DNA of 56,511 bases, filler included, from Squatina squatina (Eukaryota), in assembly GCA_031763465.1 (NCBI GenBank). It is 3 parts of 3 records of this genome, joined end to end, with 100 filler letters (N's around TTAATTAATTAA, not from the genome) between each part and the next. Parts side by side here need not be neighbours in the genome. Positions count along the whole stretch, not along the records: positions 1 to 16,430 come from JARFOE010000162.1; 2 more parts are not named here. The stretch is one strand, 5' to 3'. The translations under genes were made by a program, and so were the position numbers. Each line of letters begins with the position of its first letter. Position 1 is the first letter of the stretch. A model generated the notes under the pieces. The model had not been told where the DNA came from and ran no database searches. It was given only the letters and a program-made list of their open reading frames with translations. Positions 1 through 10,007 of the stretch are shown here, one piece after another.

Positions 1-621
1 ATGTTGAGGATTTATTCTTAGCAAGTCATCCTCACTTCACACCGTCAGTGCAAAATAAAAACATCACCCCCGATCCAACAAAGATTAACCAGGCCCAAAC
101 AAAAGAAGCATACATGCCGAAGCAAACGCTTCCCTCAAATAAGGAAACAAGTTCTTTGCATCACTGTAAAATAGAGGCACAAAAATAAAATGTGTGGGAG
201 TGGTGATGCTCTCTTAAAAATCCTTTGAATGAACAAGTGACTGTGAAACACCAACTATTTTAAAACATGACATCAAATCCCAAAATCTTAGGATCCAATC
301 TTACACGTTGAATCCTGCATTAAATGGGAGCATTTAAAGGCAATTGTACAGGATTGTTTCACATTTCCGAAACTGAAGCTACCGCAAGAGGCCTGAACTT
401 CCAGCTGCTTTTAGATTGTTCAAAGGCCCGTGCTAGTTGCGCTGGCTCCCAGCACAAGAGCCTTCCACCATCGGCTGCAACCCAAATGCAAACTAGCTGT
501 GATCTGCCAAGGCACACGGCCAGGAAGACCATTTTGTTTTATATTTCTTTGTATGAAAAATCGTGAACAAATAATGTTCGAAGTTTCTCATCTGTGGTAT
601 TGCACTGTTTATATTTTGCAG

Positions 622-730
622 TTTTGCATTTGGTTCCCTAATATCTGCTGTTGACCCAGTAGCTACGATTGCCATTTTTAATGCTCTGAATGTGGATCCT
701 GTTCTGAACATGTTGGTATTTGGTGAGAGC
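622..730 (+). CDS. SLC9A8: Na+/H+ exchanger 8, internal exon (3' end lost in gap)
   Basis: Acceptor ttttgcag at 614-621. Translates FAFGSLISAVDPVATIAIFNALNVDPVLNMLVFGES, the NHE signature region, near-identical to NHE8. Confidence 0.95.
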
Positions 731-1121
731 NNNNNNNNNNNNNNNNNNNNNNNNNNNNNNNNNNNNNNNNNNNCCTCCATGTTGTATAGCACTCTTACTG
801 TGTTGAATGTATGTCATTTTATTTAGTGGTTGAGTTGTTGCTAAATATGCAATATATTTCCAGCAGTAATTTATTCCAGAATTTTAATTCCGAATATTTC
901 ACAATCTAGTTGATGTAGTCTTCCCTCATGGCCGTAATAGTTGTTTCTGTTAATTCTGTTTTTCACTTTACATTTTACACATAACTTGCATGACAAGTGA
1001 TATGTCACGTTCTATATAATATTCTGACATAAATATTGGTTAGCATGCACGTCAATGCAAATAATGAATAGTTTCACATGTTTTAACAGTGTACTTTTTA
1101 TGTTCGAATGCTGTATTCTAG

Positions 1122-1260
1122 CACAGCCGAAGGCTTGGCCAGAGAGAATGCACCTGATGTGAGTGGATGGCAAACCTTCCTACAGGCATTGGGCTACTTC
1201 CTCAAGATGTTTTTTGGATCTGCAGCACTTGGAACACTCACTGGTCTCATCTCTGCATTG
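1122..1260 (+). CDS. SLC9A8: Na+/H+ exchanger 8, internal exon
   Basis: Acceptor ttctag ends at 1121. Translates TAEGLARENAPDVSGWQTFLQALGYFLKMFFGSAALGTLTGLISAL. Homology ends exactly at an ATATCTTT non-canonical donor. Confidence 0.95.
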
Positions 1261-1269
1261 ATATCTTTT
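1261..1269 (+). other. SLC9A8: U12-type (minor spliceosome) AT-AC intron 5' splice site
   Basis: The intron begins ATATCTTTT instead of GT, a one-mismatch match to the U12 consensus RTATCCTTT, and sits at the codon boundary where NHE8 homology stops. Confidence 0.85.
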
Positions 1270-1521
1270 TTGCCTGGGAATATTAACATNNNNNNNNNNN
1301 NNNNNNNNNNNNNNNNNNNNNNNNNNNNNNNNNNNNNNNNNNNNNNNNNNNNNNNNNNNNNNNNNNNNNNNNNNNNNNNNNNNNNNNNNAAGTGACTTGA
1401 GTCGTGGCAGTCTGCTTAAGCTTTGAAAAACATGATCCCCACATTGCAGGAATGACCCTGATTTTATATTCCGTATAATTGTATCTTTTTGTAAAATGCT
1501 GTGGGGATGAGAGTGAGCAAT

Positions 1522-1680
1522 GGCCAGGTTTTGCAGTAGGAGTAACGGTGGGACTATCATCGCTCCATCGTTATTAAGCAGTAAATCGAACAGCAACTTC
1601 CGGCGTCTGCACATGCGCAGTTAAAAGCAGAAGTGAACAGTGAGTGCCATTCGTTCACCGCTGACTGCAAAATCCAGGCC
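1522..1680. mobile_element. Short MITE with terminal inverted repeats
   Basis: Left end GGCCAGGTTTTGCAGT and right end ACTGCAAAATCCAGGCC form an imperfect inverted repeat. Both ends resemble the ends of 5077-6713. Confidence 0.65.
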
Positions 1681-1899
1681 GATATTTTTGAAGCCATGTG
1701 AGCCAGTTACACACTTCCACCTTTCATCCATTTAACAGTGAATACAAATGTCAGTGTTCTGCATATTAATCTTTGTCATTAGTTATGCTTATGTTTCACA
1801 GATGCAGGAATTCATAAATTTTAGTAACTGACATTGTAGTCTTTTTTTTTGATAAAATACTACTTCATGTGTCAAAACTGTGTTTTCTTTTGTTTGTAG

Positions 1900-2016
1900 G
1901 AATTATGGCTATTCTGTTTTCTGGCATTGTGATGTCACACTATGCTCACCACAACCTCTCCCCGGTTACTCAAATCCTTATGCAGCAGACACTGCGGACT
2001 GTTGCTTTTATGTGCG
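1900..2016 (+). CDS. SLC9A8: Na+/H+ exchanger 8, internal exon
   Basis: Pyrimidine tract plus tag acceptor (1897-1899), donor GTATGT at 2017. Translates GIMAILFSGIVMSHYAHHNLSPVTQILMQQTLRTVAFMC. Confidence 0.96.
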
Positions 2017-2299
2017 GTATGTATTTTGGGGGGAGATTTGTGTTACTCCAGTCTTTTCAACTATAACAAAATACGGTAAAGTTTCTAAAATTACAGTAAC
2101 ATGATTTCAAATTGGCTCAAGAACTAACAAATGAAAAGGAAGTAATGAGGTTTCATACAATTTGGATAATGACTGAGCACATTATTCAAGAGTCGCATGG
2201 AACGTTGGAGTTGTTGCTGTCTGGAAAACTTAGTGGTAATGGAGAGCAAGGCAAACAAAGAATAATATGGCTGCATTAGAGTACAGTAGGCTACAGGGG

Positions 2300-2795
2300 T
2301 ATGATAGTGTTGTGGTTGTGTTACTGCACTAGTAATCCAGAGGACTGGATGTGTTCAAATCACACCACAGCAGTTTGAGAATTTGAATTCTGTTTCAAGC
2401 GACCATGAAGCTGTCTCTTTTTTTTAAAAATAAAAACACCACCTGGTTCACTAATGTCCTTTTTTTAGGGAAGGAAAATTGCTGGTCTGGCCTATGTGAC
2501 TCCAGACCCACAGCAATGAATTTGACGCTTGACTGCCCTCTGAAATGATCTGCCAAGCCACGCAGTTGTACACAACCGCTATGAAAAACAATCAGAATAA
2601 AACTGGACAGACCACTTGACACCTGCTTTAGATACGACAAAGGCACGCCCAGTCGACCCTGCAAAGTCCTCCTCACTAATATCTGTGCCAAAATTGGAAC
2701 AGTTGTCCATAGATTAGTCAAACAGCCTGACAGTCATACCTTAACCAAAGTCCCAGATTCCTCCATCACCATCCCTGTCCTACCTGCAGGATAGA
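2300..2795 (+). mobile_element. 5' end of a decayed LINE with a tRNA/SINE-like head and the start of an APE endonuclease
   Basis: B-box-like GTTCAAATC at about 2354. The core ggttcactaatgtcc...gactccagacccacagcaatg recurs at 56376-56511. Downstream is decayed LLTNI..PKL...RLVKQPD...SITIP, resembling an APE N-terminus. Confidence 0.65.
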
Positions 2796-4303
2796 NNNNN
2801 NNNNNNNNNNNNNNNNNNNNNNNNNNNNNNNNNNNNNNNNNNNNNNNNNNNNNNNNNNNNNNNNNNNNNNNNNNNNNNNNNNNNNNNNNNNNNNNCTGAG
2901 ATAAATTATATACTTCATTTATATTATGAACCCTCCCCCTCTTTTTCAACCTCTGCCCCAAATCATTGTACTACTTGAAGAATCTGTCAGTTTTTGTCAT
3001 TGGGGTAAATGTTTTCACTGCAACGTTTGAAATCATTTGCGGTTTGTTTAATAGTAACTGAAAATACTACATTTAAATTTAAATATTAAATACTATAGCC
3101 GCTTTCATTTTTGTGTTAAGTTTAACAATTTCAAAATGAAGGCTGCAGTGTCTCAGAATTCCTGTTAATGGTGCTGCTGAGCTATTGGAAATCATTCTTC
3201 ACAGTGCTACTAACAGGAATATCCAAGTTGTACCCATAATTTCATGAATATGAAAACAAATTTTTGATGAATGAAATGTTTTTGGATCTGAAGTAAGCAA
3301 ATTTCAGTATTGAACCATGGGTGGAATATAATAGTCCTATTAACCATACAACATTCCATAAATGAGTTGGGGGTTACTGAAGCATTCCCTAAAGCAGCTC
3401 AAACTCTTCCAACAGAAAAATGTATACATCAAATGCTATAAAATATATTAAGCCATTTAAAAAAAAAAATAACTAGTTTCCAATTTTGGGTCTTGGACAA
3501 TAAATTTTAACTTCCTGCTGAAACAAATTTACTTGGTTTACATTTTCACATCCTGACTGGAAGAGTGGAAATGTTGCTAGTTTCTCACAGGAGGCCTTCC
3601 TAAACACTACATTTCCTTTTATGTAATCCATTTTTCTCAATTTCCTCAATGTTTCCTTGAGCATCTCCATCTTGAGACACAGCTTTCCCACCTCCTTTGT
3701 TGCTCTGGACAACTTCTTCAGATTCTGTACTGTAGCTTGGTTCATTCATCCCTGTTCAGGACACATTACACTGTCACTCCTCAACTCGCTCTTTCCCAGA
3801 AATGTAGAACTCATTATCTCCTTCTTCCTCCTACTATCTTCAGGTCCTTCAAGCACAGGCTTGACATCATCTAATTACCACTTAACTATTTGCCTCATCT
3901 ATTTTTATTCTTTCCAAACTTGGGGATTTACTGCAATTTAGAGACTTGTTTCGCAATTTAAAAAATAATTAGGTTTCTTCTTGTTGCTTGAGAATGTGTA
4001 TAGATATTTGGAGAGAAGTTAGTATAGCTCTGCTGTTATGCCACCCTGAGATCATAAAGCTTTCCTAACAGTTACTTGTCAAGGCTCATACAAGGATGGC
4101 CATTTGGACAACGTTCCAGAGCCACATCACATTTCAAAAAGTGACGCGGGCAAGAGAAAGCAGCTGATTGGTGAGTTAGCCCAGGTTTGTATTTGTGTTA
4201 GTANNNNNNNNNNNNNNNNNNNNNNNNNNNNNNNNNNNNNNNNNNNNNNNNNNNNNNNNNNNNNNNNNNNNNNNNNNNNNNNNNNNNNNNNNNNNNNNNN
4301 NNN

Positions 4304-4367
4304 AGGTCCATGATTGCTAATCCATTTGAAAAGGGGTCCTTAAACCAAAAAAGTTTGAGAACCAGTG
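4304..4367. mobile_element. hAT/Charlie-like DNA transposon end fragment
   Basis: Ends ...aaaaagtttgagaaccagtg, the reverse complement of a CAnTGGTTCTCAAAC-type terminal repeat. The other end is in a gap. Confidence 0.45.
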
Positions 4368-5076
4368 GTTTAAATGAATAGATTTGAGTTAGAATTTCCT
4401 ATTCCTCCATAACTTACAATGTTGGAGAATTTTGTATTAAATTTCTGAAGTGAGTTAAAGTTTAAGCTGGAGCTAAGTCTAATTAGCAAATTTGGAAGTA
4501 GCATTTTTTTCTGATCTAATTCCATGCTGATCCTTTCATAGTTCACAACTACAACTCTTGAAATGCTCAAATGGAAGTTGGTTAGACTTAATTGGTGTGT
4601 TTTAGTTACCTGTGTGCAAAAGATGATGGTATGGCCAGTGGTAATAGAGTTAATATCATTGCAAGGTCACTGATGGCTAGATTTACATTGAAATATTCAG
4701 CAGGTTTAAGTGCATGTCTTTTCCTGTATGCTATAAACAAGAGAATACTGTTGCCAACCACGGATAAAATACCTGCGAAAACACAATCATTTTTCGACAG
4801 TTAATACAAAAAGCATTTTGCAGTAGGAATATCTGCTCTTCATACTTACATAATTCCAAGCAAAGACACTTATTTTAAAAACTTTTAAAACTATAATTAT
4901 CCATGAATCAATTTTTTATCAAGCAGCAATTTCAAAACACACGACTGCTTTTGCAAACATAGATTTCCATTTATAAGACAGAAATTTGACTTCCGACCTG
5001 ATTGGTAGTTGACCTCAGTTTTGTACAATGTGTATGTTGTGCTAATTCTTGGTTTGGCCATCAGATAAACAAAATA

Positions 5077-6713
5077 GCCCAGAATTTGTGGTAGTAATAA
5101 TGGTGAGGCTGTCAATGCTTGCCATTATTACTGGGTAAAACTGACAGAAACCTCTGGCAACCACATATGCGCAGTTCTATGCGGAAATCTGGAAGTTCCT
5201 GTTAGTGATACCATGCTTCTCCACCAGCTGCACTGTTGCAGTCTTCGCCAATGCAATCTGAGAGAAATCGATGTTATTGGGTGAACATGGGCTAATTGCT
5301 CACTTGTTCCGCACTAAAGACAAATTTAAAGGTTAGAGCTTCTAGGTGTAACAGTTTTTAAAAGCACAATGAGTGATATATACTGCTGAACAATCTCTCT
5401 GGCCTTGAAAATTTAATTTTACCAGTGTGGAGTCTCATTCCTTCAGAAGAAAATTAATGTTGCAGATTTTTAAAAAAAAGATTTNNNNNNNNNNNNNNNN
5501 NNNNNNNNNNNNNNNNNNNNNNNNNNNNNNNNNNNNNNNNNNNNNNNNNNNNNNNNNNNNNNNNNNNNNNNNNNNNNNNNNNNNAGGGACAGAAATTCAG
5601 CTCAGGTTTCACCCTGTTAGCACCTCCGAGGGGCGCTAATGGGGGGAAAAGCCATAAAATAGCACCAGGAGGCAGCCATCTGGCCTCCCGGGGAATTCAA
5701 CTAGGGTGCAAAGGCCTTTGTGCCTGGCCCGGCGCATTCTGTGGCAGGTTGGCGAGTGCCGTCATAAAGACACGCGCCAATCCGCACTGTGCAGCTGCAA
5801 ACTCCTTGGTGCCCAGTGGCCGGAATTCACTCGTGGGACGCAGCCGCAGTGCTGGTTGGTTGCAGCCACAGTGAAATCTGTCACTCAACGGCTCTGTTAA
5901 AGGGGGGCGGGGGCCTGAGCACCTGTGGCCGCCATCTTTATTTGTCAGCCAACTCTGATGTCGGCTGACCGATGGTGACCCATGGCCGGATTGGGCTACA
6001 AACCCCTCACCTGGCAGGCCGGTTGGTGCCGTCGGGATGGCCGGCAGCCCTCCCCTTTAAGGGAGGCCTGGCCACACTCGTGATGTCAGCGTGCTACGTC
6101 TGGCGTCAGCACGCAGCAGCGCTGACGCGGCACAGCAGACAATGCTAGTGTGGCACTGACGCCATGCCAGCAACATCCCCGGCTGGCCAGCCCATTTCCA
6201 CTTGGGAGTGAGGCCGACATCAGTGCATCTCGCTCCCGGCGCAAAACACTGACTTCTGTGGTGGGCGATGCGGGGGGTTCAGGATCCAGTGCGAAAAATG
6301 CTGGTTCCTACCCAATACCACCCCATAAGCACCCCAAATCAATTTCGCGCCATAAAGGTTTTGTTGTTACTTTTTCTTTCTGTCTCTTTAATTCATTCTC
6401 TTAACCCCATCTTTATCTCTTTATTTCACTTTCTGTACATGAATTGGCATTGAATTACATACTCAAACTGACATTTCCTGGTTCAGATTCTGTGTGACTC
6501 AGTAAGAATTCTTCAATCTGATTGGTTAAGCACATACACAGTTGCTTGCCTTGTTCAGACAGGCCCCAGGTCTCCTGCAGAGGCTGCATGCTGAAATGGA
6601 ATTCTAATCACCGCAAGTTCCAATACAAAGCCTCACAGAAAGTCTGCAGGCAAGTGTAAGTGTAATGAACGGCTGGCGCCATTCATTCACCACTGACCAC
6701 AAAATCCAGATCC
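5077..6713. mobile_element. Non-autonomous TIR element (same family as 1522-1680), interrupted by a gap and a nested element
   Basis: Left end gcccagaatttgtggtagtaataatggtg...catatgcgcagt and right end gccattcattcaccactgaccacaaaatccagatcc align with the two halves of 1522-1680. Confidence 0.5.
5586..6351. mobile_element. GC-rich non-autonomous TIR element (Harbinger-like ends)
   Basis: Sharp GC/CpG-rich block bounded by GGGACAGAAATT and AATTTCGCGCC, with no credible ORF. Confidence 0.55.
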
Positions 6714-6939
6714 ATTTTGTCCTGTTAGTGTGCCATTCTGGCAGTTTACAATCTGTGCTNNNNNNNNNNATAAACCACCTGGCAAATGAATATGTTCCTG
6801 GCAAAGTATCCTATCAATCAGTTTCCAACCTGGCTAATAGAAATGTGCTTTACAAAGCTTCCCGTCAATGTTTCTTACCTATTCCAGTGTTCTGATCTCC
6901 TGCCCACCACAACTGTTCCCCTCAACATGTGTGCCATGC

Positions 6940-7400
6940 CAGGCGGGAATGGATATTCGAGCAGCTGAAGGCCGCAGCCAGGGACCGGCGGGAAAGGTCA
7001 GTGGCAGTCAGGTAAGTGGTGGGGAGGCCTGGAGGAGGAGCACTGCGCCTGGGTCACAAAGAAACCTAACATAAAACTTTAGAACTTACCTGCTGGGTCT
7101 CTTCGGGCCCATGATTGGGGTCCTGGCAGGTCTGGCTTGGTGGGGAAGGCATCACTGTTCCCCAGCTCAGGCCTCCAGCTACAATGGCAGAGCAGGTCCC
7201 TGATGGCATCATCAGACGTGATCTGCATATTTAAAGATAGAACCCGCTGCCTTCCTGTGGATGTCCCGCTTGCCTGCTCAAAAGAGCAGGTTAAAATCAG
7301 GGCACGACGGGAAGGCAATGTGATTAGAAGTGACTGGCTTCATTTGAACTGCCCCCGCCTGGCGGAAAGTGGGCCTGGAGGGGGCAGTTAAAATAGGGGC
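6940..7400. mobile_element. GC-rich non-autonomous repeat fragment
   Basis: GC-rich block ending gggggcagttaaaataggggc, with an internal gttaaaatcagggc terminus like those at about 20090 and 21085. Confidence 0.4.
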
Positions 7401-7464
7401 ACAAAAGATGTCTTTGAGAAAAAAAACAATGCTGATACAGTGTGTATTTCAACTAGGTCAACAA

Positions 7465-7805
7465 AGTCTAAGTACACACCTGAAGACATCTACATCAGTG
7501 ATGAAACTAGAATTTTTCTGAGCTACACCAGATGGAATGCTCTTCTTCAAAGACTGTGGGGTATTTGGAAGATACTGAGGAAGTGTATTTCTGGTGCCGG
7601 TGGTACCGATATCAGGGGCACCAACAAAGTGAAGTTGCTCATCTTTGGCATGGGTAAGACATCCTGTTGTCTGCAAGCAGCTGATCGGAATCTACTCAAG
7701 TACAATACTAATTCAATCTCAGTGCAGCTGAAGGAAATCGAAGATCAATAGAAGTGCAGGTGTTGAGAAATTGCAATCATTCTGAAGAGCTGCACAACAC
7801 ATCCT
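7465..7805 (+). mobile_element. Decayed pogo/Tigger (CENP-B-like) DDE transposase fragment
   Basis: Across frameshifts it reads KYTPEDIYISDETRIF / ATPDGMLFFK / GTNKVKLLIFGMGK / IILKSCTTHP. These resemble the Tigger motifs IYNxDETGLF, GTxKxKLLVIGKSK and LLILDNCPAHP in the right order. Confidence 0.7.
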
Positions 7806-7898
7806 TGACAAACTTAACTCACAATGTATGCAACTTACATCATTTTTCAAGTGCTCTTTTCACAGGTCTCTGGTGTTTTGTTTTTCTGGGGCCAGCTC

Positions 7899-8353
7899 TA
7901 AAAGAAAGACTTGCATTTACATAGTGCCTTTCATGATCACTGGGGATCTCAAAGCACTTTATAGCCAATGAAGTACTTTTTGAGTGTAGCCACTGTTGTA
8001 ATGTGGGAAACGCGGCAGTAAATTTGCGCACAGCAAGCTCCCACAAATGTGATAATGACCAGATATTCTGTTTTTGTTATGTTGATTGAGAGCTAAATAT
8101 TGTCCAGGTGACTGGGAATAACTACTTTGCTCTTCTTCAAAATAGTGTTATGGGATCTTTTATGTTCACCTGAGAGAGCAGAAGGGGCCTCAGTTTAAGG
8201 TCTCATCTGAAAGACGGCAACTCCTACAGTGCAGCATTCCCTCAGTACTGTGTTGGAGTGTCAGCCCAGATTTTTGTGCTCAAGCCCCTGGAGTAGGACT
8301 TGAACCCACAACCTTCTGACCCAGAGTGCTACCCACTGAGCCACAGCTGGCAC
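7899..8353 (-). mobile_element. Near full-length tRNA-derived DeuSINE (SacSINE1-like)
   Basis: Minus strand shows A box TGGCTCAGTGG, B box GGTTCAAGTCC, central CAGTACTGAGGGAATGCTGCACTGT...CTTTCAGATGAGAC, and an L2-like tail ending AAATGCAAGTCTTTCTTT. Three more partial copies are in the window. Confidence 0.85.
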
Positions 8354-8930
8354 TTTGTGGCAAAAGAGTGTGCCATAAATTCTGACCCCCACCCCCCATT
8401 TACTAATTGATACAGCAGCTACCAAGTCTGTAGATTAATATTTCAGTTTCTTCAGCAAGTGGAACCTGGTCTGTGTTTAACATTGGCTACTTTGGAAAGT
8501 GCTTGGTAGCATATCTGGAGACTAGAATGCTGATTTTCCTAATACGCATTTCCAAGGGGAAGCCCTGCCCACTATTGTCAAAATATCACTTTATAATAAG
8601 TGAAAATGAGGTGCCTTCTTTCAGGGAGAAACTATCCTTGCCCAGCTTATCTCCACCTCCTCCCAAATTGTAGTAAACCACAGTATTCCATCTATTCTTC
8701 TGGAGGAAAACGGCTGAAACCCACCTGTGGAGAGCAAAGACGTTGAAATGAGGGTTAGGCCTGGAATTTGAATTTCTGAGTCTAATGGTCTACTAGTGCA
8801 GTTAGTACACAAGAGATAAGGGAACATTCCTCATTAAGATCCAAATCTGGCTCTCTGTAGACAGAAGAAATAAAAGAACTGGAAACTTACTAGAGAGAGA
8901 CCACACAGAGAGAAATAGAAACAAGGAGAA

Positions 8931-8998
8931 GACACACACATGCACACACACATATACATACATACACAGGTGTACATACAGACATATGCAGATGCATG
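8931..8998. repeat. Degenerate (CA/TA)n microsatellite
   Basis: gacacacacatgcacacacacatatacatacatacac..., running into a gap. Confidence 0.8.
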
Positions 8999-9475
8999 NN
9001 NNNNNNNNNNNNNNNNNNNNNNNNNNNNNNNNNNNNNNNNNNNNNNNNNNNNNNNNNNNNNNNNNNNNNNNNNNNNNNNNNNNNNNNNNNNNNNNNNNGA
9101 GAAACGGTTAATGAACAGATAAATGATAAACTGACAGATCAATTAATCTCTGTGGAGGAACTTACCTAGAAATCAGGTTACAACAGACGTAAGTTCAAGA
9201 GCTAGTTAAAACCGAATATGGTTAAAATATTTGTTTACAATGGAGTATATCCTAAGACTCTATGGTACCACAACTGATAACAACTGTGAACACAAGGGAG
9301 GGATCCATGAACCTCACAACTCAGGAGAGTCAAAGTTAACAAGTGTATTCAGTATTGTAAACTCAAAAGAATAATTCATTATTACCAGTACATTAGGATG
9401 TTAACCTAGGTTCAGATAATTTGACTTCTTGGCTTAAAATAAACCAACAGCATTTAGCATTGCCAAGCGCACAGT

Positions 9476-9481
9476 TTTATT
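9476..9481 (-). terminator. SPATA2: Candidate SPATA2 polyadenylation signal AATAAA
   Basis: tttatt on the plus strand, about 530 nt past the stop codon in gap-free AT-rich sequence. Confidence 0.5.
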
Positions 9482-10007
9482 CATACAAGCAATTATTTAA
9501 CAGTCTTTAACAAAAAAAATGCATGGATAAGCCAAGAGATACCAGATCACGATCAGGTTTCCCATCAGAAAACACACACTTGCTCGCCTATTGCAAGTAA
9601 AAAATAATTATGAAACACTATCACATTAGAAAAAAGGCAAGAGAAAAATTGCACATCAATAACACGGCTTGTTCATATAAACATCCGACAGTTTTACATT
9701 AAATCCTCCAGCATCAAATATAGCAGACAGATGTCTCCCATTCACTTCTGGTTACAAAATATTTATCTGCTCCAGGTTCCAAACGATCACTTTTTGTACA
9801 CTGGTGTGATTTTTTAGATCAAAGCAGCTTTTAGTGTACATATATCAGCCCTTGAAAAATATAGCAGCAACTTAAATACCTTAAGATACATATTGTACAA
9901 GAGATCACAGTGTGCAATTATATTTCAACAATCTGTATATTTTCAAAATATTCTCAGCATAGATTTTTCTAGGGCTGATCATGCATCATTATTCCAGAAC
10001 ATATAAT

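Noticed and set aside
3473-3745. 90-aa minus-strand ORF
   Set aside because: It has no recognisable domain or splice context and is likely chance.
4104-4203. KRKQLIG resembling the NHE8 EKRQLIG segment
   Set aside because: The flanking residues do not match NHE8 and there is no suitable acceptor.
8290-8353. tRNA gene
   Set aside because: The A and B boxes belong to a SINE head, and there is no complete cloverleaf.
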